Shown: positions 63,937-64,000 of the stretch, piece by piece
Position numbering within the stretch: position 1 is the stretch's first letter
How the letters are laid out: every line of letters starts with the position of its first letter
Assembly: GCA_004321885.1 (NCBI GenBank)
Contig: SCQK01000014.1
Coordinates: 95,464 to 159,463 of the forward strand
Direction: 5' to 3'
Length of the DNA: 64,000 nucleotides
From: Patescibacteria group bacterium
GTDB lineage: Bacteria; Patescibacteriota; Patescibacteriia; Magasanikbacterales; GWA2-37-8
The notes under the pieces: model-generated
The model's input: the letters and a program-made list of their open reading frames with translations, nothing else
Databases searched by the model: none
What the model was told of the DNA's origin: nothing
Translations under genes and position numbers: made by a program

Positions 63937-64000
63937 ATGGCCAAACAACACGATCTATCGCTCAAGCACGAAGTGCTTACAGCGATCAAAAACGGCACGA
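63937..64000 (+). CDS. Start of an ORF (MAKQHDLSLKHEVLTAIKNGT...) running off the window end; function unknown
   Basis: ATG at 63937; only 21 codons visible. Confidence 0.25.
   Translation, partial: MAKQHDLSLKHEVLTAIKNGT

Noticed and set aside
1-64000. rRNA genes, integrase/transposase other than RAYT, toxin-antitoxin pairs
   Set aside because: No rRNA-like conserved stretches, no DDE/tyrosine-recombinase motifs, and no small paired ORFs with recognisable TA motifs were found by eye.

Overview
The window is a gene-dense, roughly 50% GC bacterial chromosomal segment. Many short hypothetical proteins sit among conserved core genes, which is consistent with a small-genome uncultivated lineage; that lineage call is inference only.

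Recognisable core genes include guaA/guaB (divergent), an HtrA-like protease, RarA, QueH, TsaE, L28, glutamate dehydrogenase, YidC, the hrcA-grpE-dnaK-dnaJ operon with a CIRCE operator, RNase HI, MurA, a C-terminal processing protease, Era, L9, CTP synthase, RecJ and LepA. tRNA-Asn(GTT) and tRNA-Pro(GGG) are present, and there is a ~570-nt promoter-to-terminator non-coding RNA candidate at 7420-7995.

The accessory content has four parts:
1. A ~5.3-kb AT-rich island (10762-16086) lies immediately 3' of tRNA-Asn and is bounded by ~115-bp inverted repeats. It carries an XRE regulator, a Dam-like MTase plus a PD-ExK nuclease (a probable R-M pair), and a tightly overlapping module of ECF sigma factor, small ORF, proteasome-beta-like Ntn threonine hydrolase and PGRP-type amidase.
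2. A REP-associated tyrosine transposase (RAYT) sits between arrays of its presumptive REP hairpins.
3. A 3.5-kb glycosylation cassette (GT2, DUF2304-like, GT4, SAM-MTase) is bounded by 78-bp inverted repeats.
4. At least four families of GC-rich palindromic repeats pervade the window. They are inserted in-frame inside lepA, tsaE, an FkbM methyltransferase and a GT4 glycosyltransferase (RPE-like), and they supply start/stop codons and SD-like G-runs at gene junctions.

A very GC-rich Cys-repeat lipoprotein and a thermolysin-like (M4) surface protease are also present. No CRISPR array, rRNA or integrase was seen.
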